DNA of 64,000 nt from Selaginella moellendorffii. Its lineage: Eukaryota; Plantae; Lycopodiophyta. Shown here in pieces: positions 1 to 12,357 of the stretch (its first letter is position 1; every line of letters begins with the position of its first letter). Under the pieces are notes generated by a model that saw only the letters and a program-made list of their open reading frames with translations, had not been told where the DNA came from and did no database searches. The translations under genes were made by a program, and so were the position numbers. Location: NCBI RefSeq assembly GCF_000143415.4, contig NW_003314269.1, positions 644,401 through 708,400 of the forward strand, written 5' to 3'.

Positions 1-4
1 GCTA

Positions 5-480
5 ACAGAGATTTTATATTTGATTTGATCTCTCGTGATTCATGACAGGCAAGAAAGATCACGGGTTCATTAAAGGAATGTAAGTTGTTCTTGGTTCGAT
101 GTAAAATCTTTGGTTCTAAAACTTTGTTATTTGTGATTCGCAGCTTAGCAGCAATGTGTTGCTGCTGCTTGCTTGATGAATGCTGCTGTGATCCCACTGT
201 GATCATTGTAGGCGATTAAAACGCGCCAGTTTCTTTTCTTTTTTTAAAAAAAAATTAAAAATTTCTAATGTCTACGTACACGCGGCTTTGGCGGTGGCGA
301 GAATCCTTGACGGGCAAAGATCTATCAGCGCAACTGATGCCGATGAGCAGCCCTCTCCACTCGAGCAGATTCCGGTATCGTATTCAATGCTGGAGAGCGA
401 AATTCATATAGATAGAGGTGAATTCGCAGCTACTGTCGAAGCCTGCTTGAAATTCTTCTGGTTCTCTCCGAGTTTGTCTT
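5..480 (+). pseudogene. Degenerate duplicate of the SLC35F-EXS intergenic region and EXS 5' end (copy of ~3570-4160)
   Basis: Shared collinear blocks, e.g. ctgtgatcattgtaggcgattaaaacgcgc (~198 vs ~3679), ctgatgccgatgagcagccctctccactcg (~334 vs ~3941) and ttcttctggtt-tctccgag (~453 vs ~4140), separated by indels. Confidence 0.75.
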
Positions 481-1498
481 TGTCCCTTCAGTCTATTTTC
501 TCGTAGCAGTTTCTGTAAAGAAGATGCGATCTGTTTTTTCAACCATGATCGCAGCAATATAATTAATTAATAATTGATCATTATCATTACATAAATTTAT
601 TATGGCAAACATCTCAGCAATATAATTTAACTTCTTCTAAGCATACATGAGCAATTTTTTATGGGAGCCCAACGTACTCTTCCCCTAGCAAGGCCCACAG
701 TTGACTGCAATTGACCAAATTATTTTAAAAGAAAAGATTAAGAGCTTAGGACAAAATTCAGGCTTTTTATATCGCTCTCAACTCCTTTGCCATGCATATG
801 TTTTCTTTCTCCCCTTCTCCTTTATAGTCTCTCATCCCTGGTAATCTCCCTCAAGCACAAGCCCTCATGCTATTTTCCCTACATTAATTCCCACCAGGAA
901 ATAATATTATCTCAAGACTCCCCTTTCTAATCCTCTTTAGAAGCTTTCTTATTTTCTTCCTAAATTACAAAAATATTTCATTCCCTCAACTTTGTCACCT
1001 TTTCTAATCTGAATAATTCATCATTTTAAATAATTTTGAGATGGAAATCCTTTGATGATGCTAGCAAGTAATATATTCAAAACTTTGGTGGTTGAAACAT
1101 TAAACATCACAATTATATAATTTTCTAACAGACCAAGGCAATATATTCAACTTAGGTGGTTGAAACATCAATGCTTTGCAACAAACAAGACAATGATAAT
1201 ATGAATTAGAGAAGGGAAAAGTGAACATTAACTTGCTTGCAGGTGACCTTGCAAGGTAAGTTTCCTTCAGGTGACATGCGAGTCAAGTATCACCCGGGAT
1301 GAACACACATCCGGGAAACTTCCAGCCTCTCCAAGAAGGAAATCACAATACTGTGAAGAAAAATCCCGGATCTGAGTATAGTGATTGTTCCAAAGGCAAG
1401 TACTAGAATATTATAAGAAGTCCTTGTCAACGAGGCAGGCGATTTCATGCGCTACGGTGCAGTGATAAGTTATGGGTGACCGCTGGCTTCTCGAATCA

Positions 1499-3350
1499 AT
1501 GGGCGACCGGGAGCAGCAGCAGCAGCAGCACGACAATGATCATCTGCAGCAGCGAGTGATCCTGGAATGGCTGGTTTCGTCTCCAAAATGGAGGGCGCTC
1601 GCAGCCCTGGGCCTGGGACAGGTCCTGTCGCTGCTCCTCACTGCCACGGGATTCACATCCTCGTTCCTGGCTCGCGAAGGTAGGACCTGGTACTGTTATA
1701 TGAACCTCTAGCTTGATTCTCTTGTCAAAAGGGGTAAATGCGCCCACTGCCCAGGCATTTTTCAATTACGCGCTGCTGGCCATCGTTTGCGGATCGATTG
1801 TTCTTATCAAGAGGCCAAAGATCAAGGTCAGCGCCTGAAAATCATTTTAATCTTCCCTCTATTCGTGCTTGTTCTTGTTCATGAGTTGATTATACTTTCT
1901 TCTCTTTGTGTGTGTGTGTGTGTGTGTGTAGTTTCAGCTTCTTTTTGTCTAGCTTGTTACATCGATGTAGTGATTGTCAACAGGTACCTTGGTATGGTTT
2001 CCTGCTACTCGCCATTGTGGATGTGGAAGGAAATTATCTCCGTAAGTTTCACCTTGCGATTCTTCATTTTTTCTTTGGTCACATCGACTCTGGCCGCTTT
2101 CTTTCTTCAGTTGTCAAGGCCAACCAATACACTTCGATCACAAGCGTGATGCTGCTTGACTGCTGGAGCACTCCCTGCGTCCTCCTTTTGACGTGGTTGT
2201 TTCTCAAGACACGGTACCGCCTCGGGCATTTTTTTGGAGTCGGGATCTGCGTGACGGGGCTCGTGCTGGTGGTTCTCTCCGATGTTCATGCCAAAGATCG
2301 ATCCGGTCTGTCCACCTCAAAAGAGAAGAGACGAGTGTGTGTTTCACTCGTTGAGTTGACGTGCCTCCGTACTTACAGCAACCAAGCATCGCTAACTTCG
2401 GTTTTGGTTTTATCTTCTCAGGTGGTAGTAATGTCGTCCTTGGAGACATTATCGTCATCGGAGCATCGATGCTGTACGCAATTGGCAATGTCACCCAGGT
2501 ATGCGGGCTGCCAACTTTTTTCTTTCACGTCTGAATCCCTTTTTCGATTTTTCTCAGGAATTTATAGTGAAGAAAACAAGTCCGGTTGAGCTGCTTGCCT
2601 TCCTCGGCTTGTTTGGATCGCTTATAAACGGCATTCAAGTGTAAGTAGCCTTTGGATTATAGATTCGAACAGCGTTTTTCAATGACTTTTGTTCCAGACT
2701 TGCTCTTGAACTGCATGAACTTCGTCACATTCAATGGACTGCAAATGCCGTAGGAACACACTCTCGCGTGTTTTCGCTAAGATTTTCATTTCTGCAGATT
2801 GGACCCTTTGTGGGATTTGCACTGGCACAGTTTTCTTTCTACATTCTCGCTCCAATTCTACTTCAGGTATACATCTATGCATCCTCTAAAGCTTTTATAC
2901 ACACTTTGGACACAGGGCAGTGGCTCGGCAATGTTTACCTTGTCTCTTCTCACGTCCGATATGTGGGCCGTCGCGATACGTGCATTGGCGTACCATGAAG
3001 ACGTAAGTATTTACCAAAGCTTGTATTTTATCGTGATTTCCATCGTTTTCTTTTCAGGTGGATTGGCTCTACTTTGTGGCGTTTGGAACAGTGGCCATAG
3101 GACTGTCTTTGTATTCATGCTTGTAAGTTTCGTGGTACCTCCTTTTTTCGCTAACTCCTGTTCCTTTTGTTTTAGTGGCGAGCCTAGACCAGAGAAAGAA
3201 GCAGAAGATACAGGACTGGACGAGCCAATGCTCGAAGAAATCCTCGCGGAAGATCCCGTGACAGAAGATTGCGAAACGAATTCCGGATCCAAAAACACTA
3301 ACAAGGAGGAAAAGCAGCAGTTTTTTCCCGACAAACGGGGACGACGATGA
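1499..3350 (+). CDS. Solute carrier family 35 member F (SLC35F/DUF914-like) multi-exon membrane transporter
   Basis: Splicing GT-AG introns gives LGLGQVLSLLLTATGFTSSFLAREG|VNAPTAQAFFNYALLA...DVEGNYL|VVKANQYTSITSVMLLDCWSTPCV...GSGSAMFTLSLLTSDMWAV, which is typical of SLC35F. An alternative ATG lies at 1472. Confidence 0.9.
1907..1929. repeat. (TG)n microsatellite in an SLC35F intron
   Basis: Direct dinucleotide run. Confidence 0.9.
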
Positions 3351-4074
3351 CGAAAGAGATCGATCGAAAAACCAATCCAGCCTACATATTCTATATATCA
3401 CTAATTTTGTTTGCTTTCTTTGTGAAGCAAAGCTCGCTGTAAATTCTCGGACTCGCCGTCCTCCACAAGAATTGTGAGTCGGGAACGGTAACTCCAACTA
3501 AGACAGGGGGTTTTTAAGCGAGGGATTTTATCATGGGTAAAGGGAGGTAAGTTGCTAGCGATTTGCGAAGAGATTTTAGATTTGTTCCATGAGGCAAGAA
3601 ATATCACCAAAGGTCTTGAAACTAAAACCTTTGCTTCTAAAACCTGGTTATTTAGCAGCTTAGCGGCGATGTGACGAACTGTGATCATTGTAGGCGATTA
3701 AAACGCGCAACTTTCTTAATTAAAAATTCATCAAAATGTCCACGTACACGTAGTTGACGTTTGAATCCGACGGTTGATACTAAGCCTCGTGGCTTGTATT
3801 TGTTCGTCCGATCCCAGTGAGGCCGTGAGGGCTAGGGTTGATCCAAGATGCGCTGATTCTTGAATTGGGCATCGCGATCGGGCGGCGCCGGGTAGAATGC
3901 GGGAGCTGCCGCCGGTGGCGAGAACCCTTGATGAGCGTAGCTGATGCCGATGAGCAGCCCTCTCCACTCGCGCAGCAGATCGAATTTGCTTGATCCCGGT
4001 ATGTTATTCAATACTCGAGAGCGACAGCTCTTAAATTTTTCTGCTTCCCAGATAGAGGAGGAGCTCCAGAAGCC

Positions 4075-5974
4075 ATGAATTTGCTTGAAGATTCTCCGCC
4101 AGCGACTGTGGAGCCCCTAAAATTGAAGCCGGCAACTTCTTCTTCTGGTTATCTCCGAGGTTGGCTTCCTCGCTCGCCAATCTATTTTCTCATCGCATGG
4201 GCGATCGTGTGTGTAAAGGTATTCTTTCGCATTTGGTTCCATCTGTGTTTTTCTAGCTCGGTGCTATCTAGATCGCCAAAGATTCCATCGAGAAAATGGA
4301 TACAACACTGAGGGGTAGTTTCTTCTACGAAGCATTTTTGTACTACAATCCATTAGTTATGGTGGTATGTCTCAACTATTTTTCTATTGCTCATTCGAGA
4401 TGCAAGCAAGCTTTTTTCTTGTCTTTGCAGGCTATGATGGTGTGGTTGTGGGGAGTAAATCTCTGGGCATTTCTACATTATCGTGTGAATTATAGCAAGA
4501 TCTTTGATCTTGATCAGAACCATTTAACGCACAAACATATATGGAAGGTAGTAAGTAGTGTTCTTTCTTATTTTTCCTCCTCTTAATTCTCGTCAATGCA
4601 GGTTGCCTCTTGGATGACCATTGTCATCTCGACCAGCATGACAACTTATCTGTATCTTTATTCCAACGGGGAAGCGAACTACGCTGCATCGCAGCCAGTG
4701 TATAATCCACACTTTTCCCCACTCTTGCTGCTTGTTGATGATGGTGTGCTTTGCTGAAATGATTCTATTCATTGTTTGCTATTGCTTCCTTTTTCCCTCT
4801 AACAGCTTCGTTTCTCACAGGCCATTCTTTACATCGGCCTGCCGCTCGTGTTAATTCTACCTTTTGATGTCCTTTATCGTTCATCGCGATTCTTCTTTCT
4901 TGGTACGTTATTGAGACTTTCGCTACCGCTGCAGGTTCGTTGAAAATCTAACTCGCTGTGCCTGAACTAATGGTTTTGTTACGCCAGCCTATCACCTTTG
5001 CAGATTTTTTTGTAGCAGACGTGCTTACCTCTATGTCCAAGGTTCGCCCGCCGCGAGTAGAGTAACAAAGAAATGGATTTGAGATGTTTCTTTTGCAGGT
5101 GCTATCGGACATTGAGCGGTCGCTGTGCAGGATGTATCATCGTCAGGTATGCCGTGTTGCTTTCTCCTGTTTCTTGTGTAACGCTCTTTTATCAGGCTGC
5201 TTTTGAGGCAGAGGAGTTATGCGGGAGTCACTCCATATGGATACCTTGCATTCTCGCGCTTCCTTACTTGTTCCGATTCGCGCAGTGTCTGAGGCAGTAT
5301 ACGGACACGAAAGAGCGATCTTGTCTTTTCAACGGTATGTCCTGACCTCTTTTCTTGTGATTGATCTCGTGTAATTCCCTCGCAGCTTTGAAGTATTCGA
5401 CAGCCTTCCCCGTGGTTTTCCTGTCCGCGCTCAAGTATCACGTACTTCCCGAGTACTGGGAAGGTGTCTATCGCCCACTCTGGTTACTTTCTAGCGTGGT
5501 TAATTCTTTCTACTCGTTCTACTGGGATATCAGCCGAGACTGGGACTTCAGGTAACTTGCCAATTCTCTCCGTCCTCTCTCTCACTGTTTTCGTCGCAGC
5601 CTCTTCTCCGGTATCTCCAGGACCAAAAACTTGGGACTCAGGGCTCACCTCGTCTACAATCCTCGATGGGTGAGTGAATGAAGCATTAACCCGAGTGTCT
5701 CTAAACACAACCGGTGACTTCCCACCAGGTGTACTACTGGGCGATTGGAAGCAACTTACTCCTTCGCTGTGCTTGGACTTACAAGCTCTCGGCGCATCTT
5801 CGCCACAACTACTTGACGGTGTTCACATTCTCGGGGCTGGAGATGCTGCGGCGGTTCCAGTGGATTTTTTTCCGGGTGGAGAACGAGCACAACCGGATGC
5901 TGTTACGTACTTCCTCGTCGCCAGAGACCGAAATGGGCCTTTTAGCCACCGATGACGAAGAACACGTTGTTTAA
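4075..5974 (+). CDS. EXS (ERD1/XPR1/SYG1) family protein without SPX domain, multi-exon
   Basis: Motifs YEAFLYYNP..MMVWLWGVNLW, VNYSKIFDLDQNHLTH, ITFADFFVADVLTSMSK, PYLFRFAQCLRQY, NSFYSFYWDISRDWD and LEMLRRFQWIFFRVENE, joined by GT-AG introns. Confidence 0.92.
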
Positions 5975-6069
5975 AGGGCCTGTGTTAACGAATTCTTTTT
6001 GGTTTAAACTTCTATACCCTAGGCGGTGTCTTCGTGATTAGCGAGGGTGGGGAATAGCGAGGGCGGGGA

Positions 6070-7213
6070 ATGGCGTCTTCCAAGAACATGGATGCGCTGA
6101 ATGCGAGGAAGCAGCTGCCGAATGTATGGCAGGCGCCGCTGATGAGCACTCCAGCCAGAGATCCGCTGTGTAAGCTCCTAGAATCAGCTCGTTGTGTGTG
6201 TGGCATTGCTAGATCTTCGAGAATTCAGCCTTCTCGACTAGGCTAGGGATTTACTCTTGAGATCCAGTGGACTGACTCGTTTGATCACCTCGCGCAGTTT
6301 GTTTCTACAGCATCTTCTGGTAAGGATCCATGTCGCGAAAATATTTCGCTTCCTCTTTGTTTGACTGTGTGTGATTCGTTTTGCAGCCCCTTTTGTGCCG
6401 CGTACCAGCTGCGTGGAAGATCTTTGCACAATGACTGGTCACGGTTAGTGTTTTTTCCCCTTCTTCTTCTTCTTCCCCTCTTCCGCTGGGAGAAAACTCT
6501 GACGGAATGGTTCTGTAGCTATCAATGTTGCGGCGGAGGCCTGCCATGCAGCGGCCGTTGTGGAGAGCCCAAATGTCCTCGCTTCTGTGCTGCCACTGAA
6601 GTAAGTCTTTTAGAAGTTTCATGATCTTAAAAACTTTCCAATGTTTTTGTCCTTTTTTTCCCAGGCCGTGCTTTGCTTTCCAATGTCTGTCACTGCAACA
6701 AGGTTTATGATACAGGACTCCTTGGGGATCCAAAACACCAAGTGTGACAACTGCATCATTGTAAGTTTTCCAGTGTCAAAAGATCTCAACACTTGACACC
6801 ATCAAATCTCTACTTCCAGGCGACGATGTGGTTTCTCCAGTACCTCAACTGTATCTGCTGGCTGGTTGCAACTTTTACTAATGTGCCATTCATTGACGAC
6901 GCAGCTCTCGTTGTCGACAGAGTTGCGGATATTGCCTACTGCAGGTAAAGATTTGTCACACTTGTCGCTCTGTCATCGAGGACTGACGTTGTCGTGCTCC
7001 TCAACTTTTGTTACTTTGTTTTTTCTCGCAGTGTGTGCGCGTGCATGCAGGTGAGTCACTCCAAAGAAAAATTCCTTCCAACATCATCACTGAGCTAATC
7101 TTTTGTGTTTTATATTGCAGACACAGCATAAAGTGGAGCTTGATGTTCGCGATGGATTAAAGCCCGCCGTATCGCGCACGCCTCCAGCAATGCAGGAGAT
7201 GTCGCGAAAATAG
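6070..7213 (+). CDS. PLAC8-family cysteine-rich protein, multi-exon
   Basis: Spliced reading MASSKNMDALNARKQLPNVWQAPLMSTPARDP...AAYQLRGRSLHNDWS|YQCCGGGLPCSGRCGEPKCPRFCAATE...KCDNCII...VCACMQ|TQHKVELDVRDG..SRK* matches the plant PLAC8 subfamily pattern. Confidence 0.85.
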
Positions 7214-7853
7214 CTAGTAACCGGCTGCTGGTATTCTCTCTCTTTCGGTTTCGCTGGCCAGGGTACTAGCTAGTTTCCTTTCATTGTACTCATGATTCAT
7301 TGAAATACGTTTTCCACAGCACACGTTTCTCGCAAACCAAGACAGGTACCGAAAACTCGGGCTTCATCTTTTCACGAGAAGCTCGCGAGCGAGAAACGAA
7401 GAAAAATCGAGAGGTAAGTGTCAGGTCCCTGCTGTGATCGATCGAGATCTAAAAACCGACTGGAAGAACTCTCCAGAGATTTTTTTGCTAACAGATTCCA
7501 TTCAAGTGAGTCCGTGCAGTGGTTCGAAGAAACCGACGCATCGTCCAACGGGGAAGAGAAAGTAAACGAAGCATCGCTTTCTTTCTTTTCTTTGGAAGAT
7601 CCTCCATTACGGTACATTTGTGAGATGGAATTTTGGTTAAGATATGGTGGCAGTGGTGGTGGTGTCTCTCTTTTGCAGGGAAAGCGTGGGGTAATGGTGG
7701 ATCCCAGGACTCGAACGCCACACCCGCCCTGGACGATAGCGTAGTATCACTGGCTAGGAAGCTAAGAGTGGGGCTCTCAGTTCGTAGGATCGATCTCTTT
7801 TCTTTTTCACCTCCTCGTTCTTTCATTTTCTAGCGCGACGAGGAAGAACGGCA

Positions 7854-8978
7854 ATGAGGAAGCACCAGTTTGCGAGCGCTCCCAGCAGCTACTGCAGCAA
7901 TTTGGTGGTGATGCTCTTCGCGCTGATCGTGGCCTTCACGCTCGGATTTCTAGCGTCTCCAATTGTGAGAACTTCTCCTAGCTCGCCTCCTCCTCTCCAA
8001 TCTTCATCATTCCCTTCCTCGTCGCCCTCTTCGTCTTCTTCCTCCTCCGCTGCATTGACCGCGTGCTCGTCTTCATCGCCGTCGATCCAAGAGAAGAAGG
8101 AAGCGAATCTGGGCGACAACGTGGCGAATATCCAGCCCCAATCCGACGATGGATTCGTGAGCCACGTCAGATCGCTGCCGGACGACCTCCTCCGCTTCCA
8201 CTACGACTGCCAAGCGGCGCCGTCGCGGGGCCGAGACGCCGCCTCCGCTCGAGCGGCCGTCATTGACGAGGTGTTTGACGGCACGTCGCCCTTCACGGCC
8301 TTCCCGCCCCCCCACATTGCCCGCCTCCTCAAGCCCCACAAGATCAAAGGCTGGGGCTCAGATCACCCCGTGTTTGCGCGCCTCGTCCAGGAAATCCGCC
8401 CCAAAATCGTGGTGGAGCTCGGATCCTTCCTGGGCGCGTCGGCGATCCACCTCGCCAAGCTCATCCGCGAGCAGCAGCAAGGCGGCAGTGATTTCGTGAT
8501 CTTCTGCCTGGATGATTTCCGGGGCTGGCCAGGGTTTCGCAAGGTCTTCACGGACATCCGGCAGGAGCACGGCAATGTCATGCTCTTCAACCAATTCTTG
8601 CAAAATGTGGCCTTCTCCAACGCCAGCGACAACATTGTGCCGGTGCCATTCTCCACCAACACGGGGCTCTACAAGCTGTGCGAGCTGGGCATCTCGGCGG
8701 ATCTGATTGAGGTGGATGCCGGGCACGATTTCCACTCGGCGTGGACGGACATCAATCTCGCGTGGTCGCTCATGCGGCCCGACGGCAAATCCATCATGTT
8801 TGGGCACGATTACTTTAATGGAGCTGACTACCACGGCGTGCGCAGGGCGGTGGATCTCTTTGGGCGTCTCAAGGGGCTGCGGGTGGAGCCGGATGGGCAG
8901 CACTGGATCTACAGGAAGTTTGATGGGAAGAAGCCCAAGGGGAAGAAGAAGAGGGGAAAGGAGGAATTGCCCCTTTGA
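7854..8978 (+). CDS. Class I SAM-dependent methyltransferase (Methyltransf_24-like) with N-terminal transmembrane anchor, intronless
   Basis: 374-aa ORF with a TM segment, Ser-rich stem, motif I VVELGSFLGASA, DLIEVDAGHD and IMFGHDY. Confidence 0.88.
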   Translation: MRKHQFASAPSSYCSNLVVMLFALIVAFTLGFLASPIVRTSPSSPPPLQSSSFPSSSPSSSSSSSAALTACSSSSPSIQEKKEANLGDNVANIQPQSDDGFVSHVRSLPDDLLRFHYDCQAAPSRGRDAASARAAVIDEVFDGTSPFTAFPPPHIARLLKPHKIKGWGSDHPVFARLVQEIRPKIVVELGSFLGASAIHLAKLIREQQQGGSDFVIFCLDDFRGWPGFRKVFTDIRQEHGNVMLFNQFLQNVAFSNASDNIVPVPFSTNTGLYKLCELGISADLIEVDAGHDFHSAWTDINLAWSLMRPDGKSIMFGHDYFNGADYHGVRRAVDLFGRLKGLRVEPDGQHWIYRKFDGKKPKGKKKRGKEELPL

Positions 8979-11069
8979 AAAGTAGCAATATACTTGCTTG
9001 TTTTTCAAAGTAAAACTATTAGATTAAAATAATTATATCTTATAAACATACTTACACTTTATCATAAATATTTATTTTATCTAACTTTGATTATGTTCCT
9101 GGTAAACTCAAAAGCACATCCCTAAGTCTAGGGTGTTCCTAATTTCTCCCATTCAAGGATATTTTAATTATATATCCTTAAAATATTTCAATTGATTAAA
9201 ATATTAAAAAACAAATAGGAATTATTTTAAAATATTGAAATTGGAATTAAAATAATATATAATTTTTATTTTTATTAGGTTTTTAGGAGCTTGTTGGGAG
9301 ATGACAAAACTAATAATGAAATATTAAAACAATGGAGAAGAAAATATGAATTTGTGTTAAACACTCTTGCTCTCAAAACTAATTTAAGCCAATCCTTAAT
9401 TAATCCAAATTAGGTAGTAGTAGCCATGACAAATACATAAATAACACCTTAAACTGGTAAAAAATATAGAGAGATAGCAAATACATAAATAATTAATGTG
9501 GTGTTAAGTGGATATTGCTATTGGAAATTTACAACTAACTCAAAAACATGAGCATGATGAAATAAAAGTTTCAAAATATAATCACTAAAGGAATACTCAA
9601 CCCAATCTATCAAATAATAAAATATGTTTAATTATATGACAATGAAATGTAATTGCATGTTGTCCACATATGTTATAACACTTTCACAATAAGGCATTTT
9701 AGTGTCTCCAAAACATTAGAATTAATTAAATAATAGTTTTGATGATTTTATATATGTAAGTATATTGAAAACTTTATACATACTTGTGATATGTGTTAAT
9801 AAACTAAAATGTTATAACATAAAATTCTCTAACCCTTTCTTCTTGCTCTAGACTTTGTAAATTTAATTTTATAAATTTGTTTATTAATTTTTCACCTTCT
9901 TGAATATTTGATAGTTTCTGATATTAGTACTTTAAATTAACCTCAAAGTCCTACTCATTAATAATAGTGGTGGAGACTCTAGAAAATCAAAAAAAGTCTA
10001 AAAAAAAATAATTTATATAGTGAGTTGTGTTAAAAGAATAGTGATTTTAGAGAAACATTAAATGAACTGTTTATAAAAATTTGTAAAGGAAAGGTGTGAG
10101 GGCCAAGTGTACAACTACGATGCCGTATACTAATATTAACGTAGTGGGATTTTGGTAGCTGTCGGATTGGTTTCAATCTGGACCACTTGCTCTTATATAT
10201 AAGCTAGGGTTTTTGGGTTAATTGATATGCACATTTCTATTTTCCCTTTCCATATTCCAGACACTCACATTGGTGGAGATGAAGAGCACCTTTGATTGTT
10301 CCTAAGGAATGCTTGGATTTGGGATTTTGATTTAGATTTAGCTTTTGCATTGTCTAGATTTAGCTTTTTTCATTTCCTTTCTTTTGTTCTTTCTTTTCAG
10401 GGTTTTGGTTTAGATCTAGCTTTTTGCGTTGTTTAGATTTACCATTTCCTTCTAGCTTTTTGTCATTTCTCTTCTTTTGCTCTTTCTTTTTCGTTCATCT
10501 TCATAGCAGATCAGCAATCTCCTCCTTTGACTCTAGAGTAGCAGTTGGTACAATTGCTTGATGCTATGCACTTGCAATTAAACAACCAAACTCAGTTGAT
10601 GGCGGCGTTCATGGCACATGGTACAACTCCTCTTACTCTTGGTGCCAATCCTCGCGTTCGGCCAGAGTTCTTTCGTGGGAATCTTGGGGATGATGTGTAC
10701 CATTGGTTTGATCACTTCACGGTGATTGCCACATATCATTCTTGGGATGATACTTGACGTTTACATGAGTTCCCCACATGTCTCCAAGGGATGGCATTGT
10801 AGTGGTACAATGGATTGAGCATAGCCACTCGTGGCGATTGGAGTGTTCTTTCGGATGTCTTCAAATGCGCCTTCGGACATGCCGACGATTGTTATGATGC
10901 CTTCAAACAATTGCATCGTCTTCGCCAAGGGCCATCTGAGTCAGTGATGCAATTTGGCGTTCGTTTCCGAAGTCTTTTGCTTCGTGCGGAGCCCAATATG
11001 TCGGAGCGGATCAAGCTAGGAATGTTGTGGCCAGCACTTCGTCAAGATCTTGTCGGACTTGTGCATGCA

Positions 11070-12213
11070 TGTAAGCCACAAATTTTTCCTTTCCCATTTG
11101 CCAGCTTACCTCGTATATCCGTTCGACACTGCCTTGGCTTTTGCTAAGTTCCCTTGCCAAGGTTCTCGCCTATGGTACCAACTCCTACTTGGTCCTACTT
11201 GGTTTCAGCTACTCACTGCACAAGCAATGGAGCGTTAGCCATCCATCCACGGATTCCCAATCTCTCCCAATCCCCCTCCCCGAGTTAGACTGGACTTAAG
11301 GTTCGGCTACACTCCCCGCAAGCACAAGCAGCCAAGCACACCAAGCTTCCAGGTTCCTAACATCCTTTGGTACCACAAGACTTAATCATGGGACCCTCTA
11401 AATCCCAAGTCTTGAGTGCAACACTTGCTTCGGGACGCCGGGGCGAAACACCGTGTCCTAGCGGCCTGGTATGGGTACCTCTACCCCCCCACTTCCATCC
11501 CGAAGGAAGGCCCAAGCCCCTAGGAAGGGCGAGGACCAATGAGCCGCATGGTACTCAAGTGGGGCACCACTCCACATGAGCCGGGAGCACCGCAATCGGT
11601 TTCCCTTTCGGGAGTGGGAGCTGCTCTTGAGCACTTCCTTGGATGGCCCCTCCGGCACCAGCCAAGTCCATGCTCACTCCCACCTAAGGCCCCTCGGTCC
11701 CAGTCTCAACCTCAAGTCGGTTTGGGAGCCCCACTGGAGAGTCCCTTCAAAACTGGTTCCTGGACCTCACTCTCCCTACTATACTTTTGGAACCCCCTGC
11801 AGCCCCCTCCCCCTGGGAGACGCACGCTTTGGGCTTTCACCCCTTGACCCGTATTAGTATTTGAACTTAGTCTCTGGCTCAATCTCGGACTTGATTTCGG
11901 ATCCGACTTTGGATTCGGTCTCGGACTCGATCTCGGACTCGATCTCGGACCCGACCTCAGACCCGACCTCGGACTCGACCTCGGACTCGGTCTCGGACCC
12001 GATTTCGGATCTCGGACTCCGTCTCAAACTCGGTCTCGAACTCGGTCCTCGAGTCAGCCTCAGACTCGATTCCGGACTCTATCTCGAACTCGGTCTCCGA
12101 GTCGGTCTTGGACTCGATCTTCGACTTGGTCCTATCTAATGAACTCTTTGTCATTTTGTCATGCTTTTGGGGTTCCTTTAGCCTACGACACCTCGGCGAG
12201 TTGGTTCCTTACA
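11070..12213 (-). mobile_element. Solo LTR of family B inserted in the gag of A1
   Basis: TGTAAG...TTACA, about 1144 bp, flanked by 5-bp TSD ATGCA; homologous to LTR 26006-27154; the uninterrupted empty site (LVHALAPATL) is present in copy A2 at ~14910. Confidence 0.93.
11878..12130. repeat. ~12-bp degenerate tandem array (TCGGACTCGATC-like) inside family B LTR; also at ~20452-20690 and ~26806-27070
   Basis: Visible periodicity; unit number differs among the three LTR copies; source of the SDSISD-type ORFs. Confidence 0.85.
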
Positions 12214-12357
12214 ATGCACTTGCTCCTGCCACTCTTGATGATGCTCTTCGCTTGACACAACGTTATGAGACGTCGCCTCTTCCACTTCTTGCTACACGTC
12301 CTTCAGCTCCATTTCCTATGAGTGATGGTCCTGTTCCCATGGAGGTTGATGCTGCTG

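Noticed and set aside
1243-1479. Exon-like GC-balanced stretch upstream of SLC35F
   Set aside because: Splice-like sites are present, but the frames examined contain stops and I recognise no homology
11357-12154. Recurrent small ORFs in B and C LTRs (e.g. MVPQDLIMG.., SDSISD..)
   Set aside because: They recur only because the LTRs are repeated; lengths and frames vary between copies and no domain is recognisable
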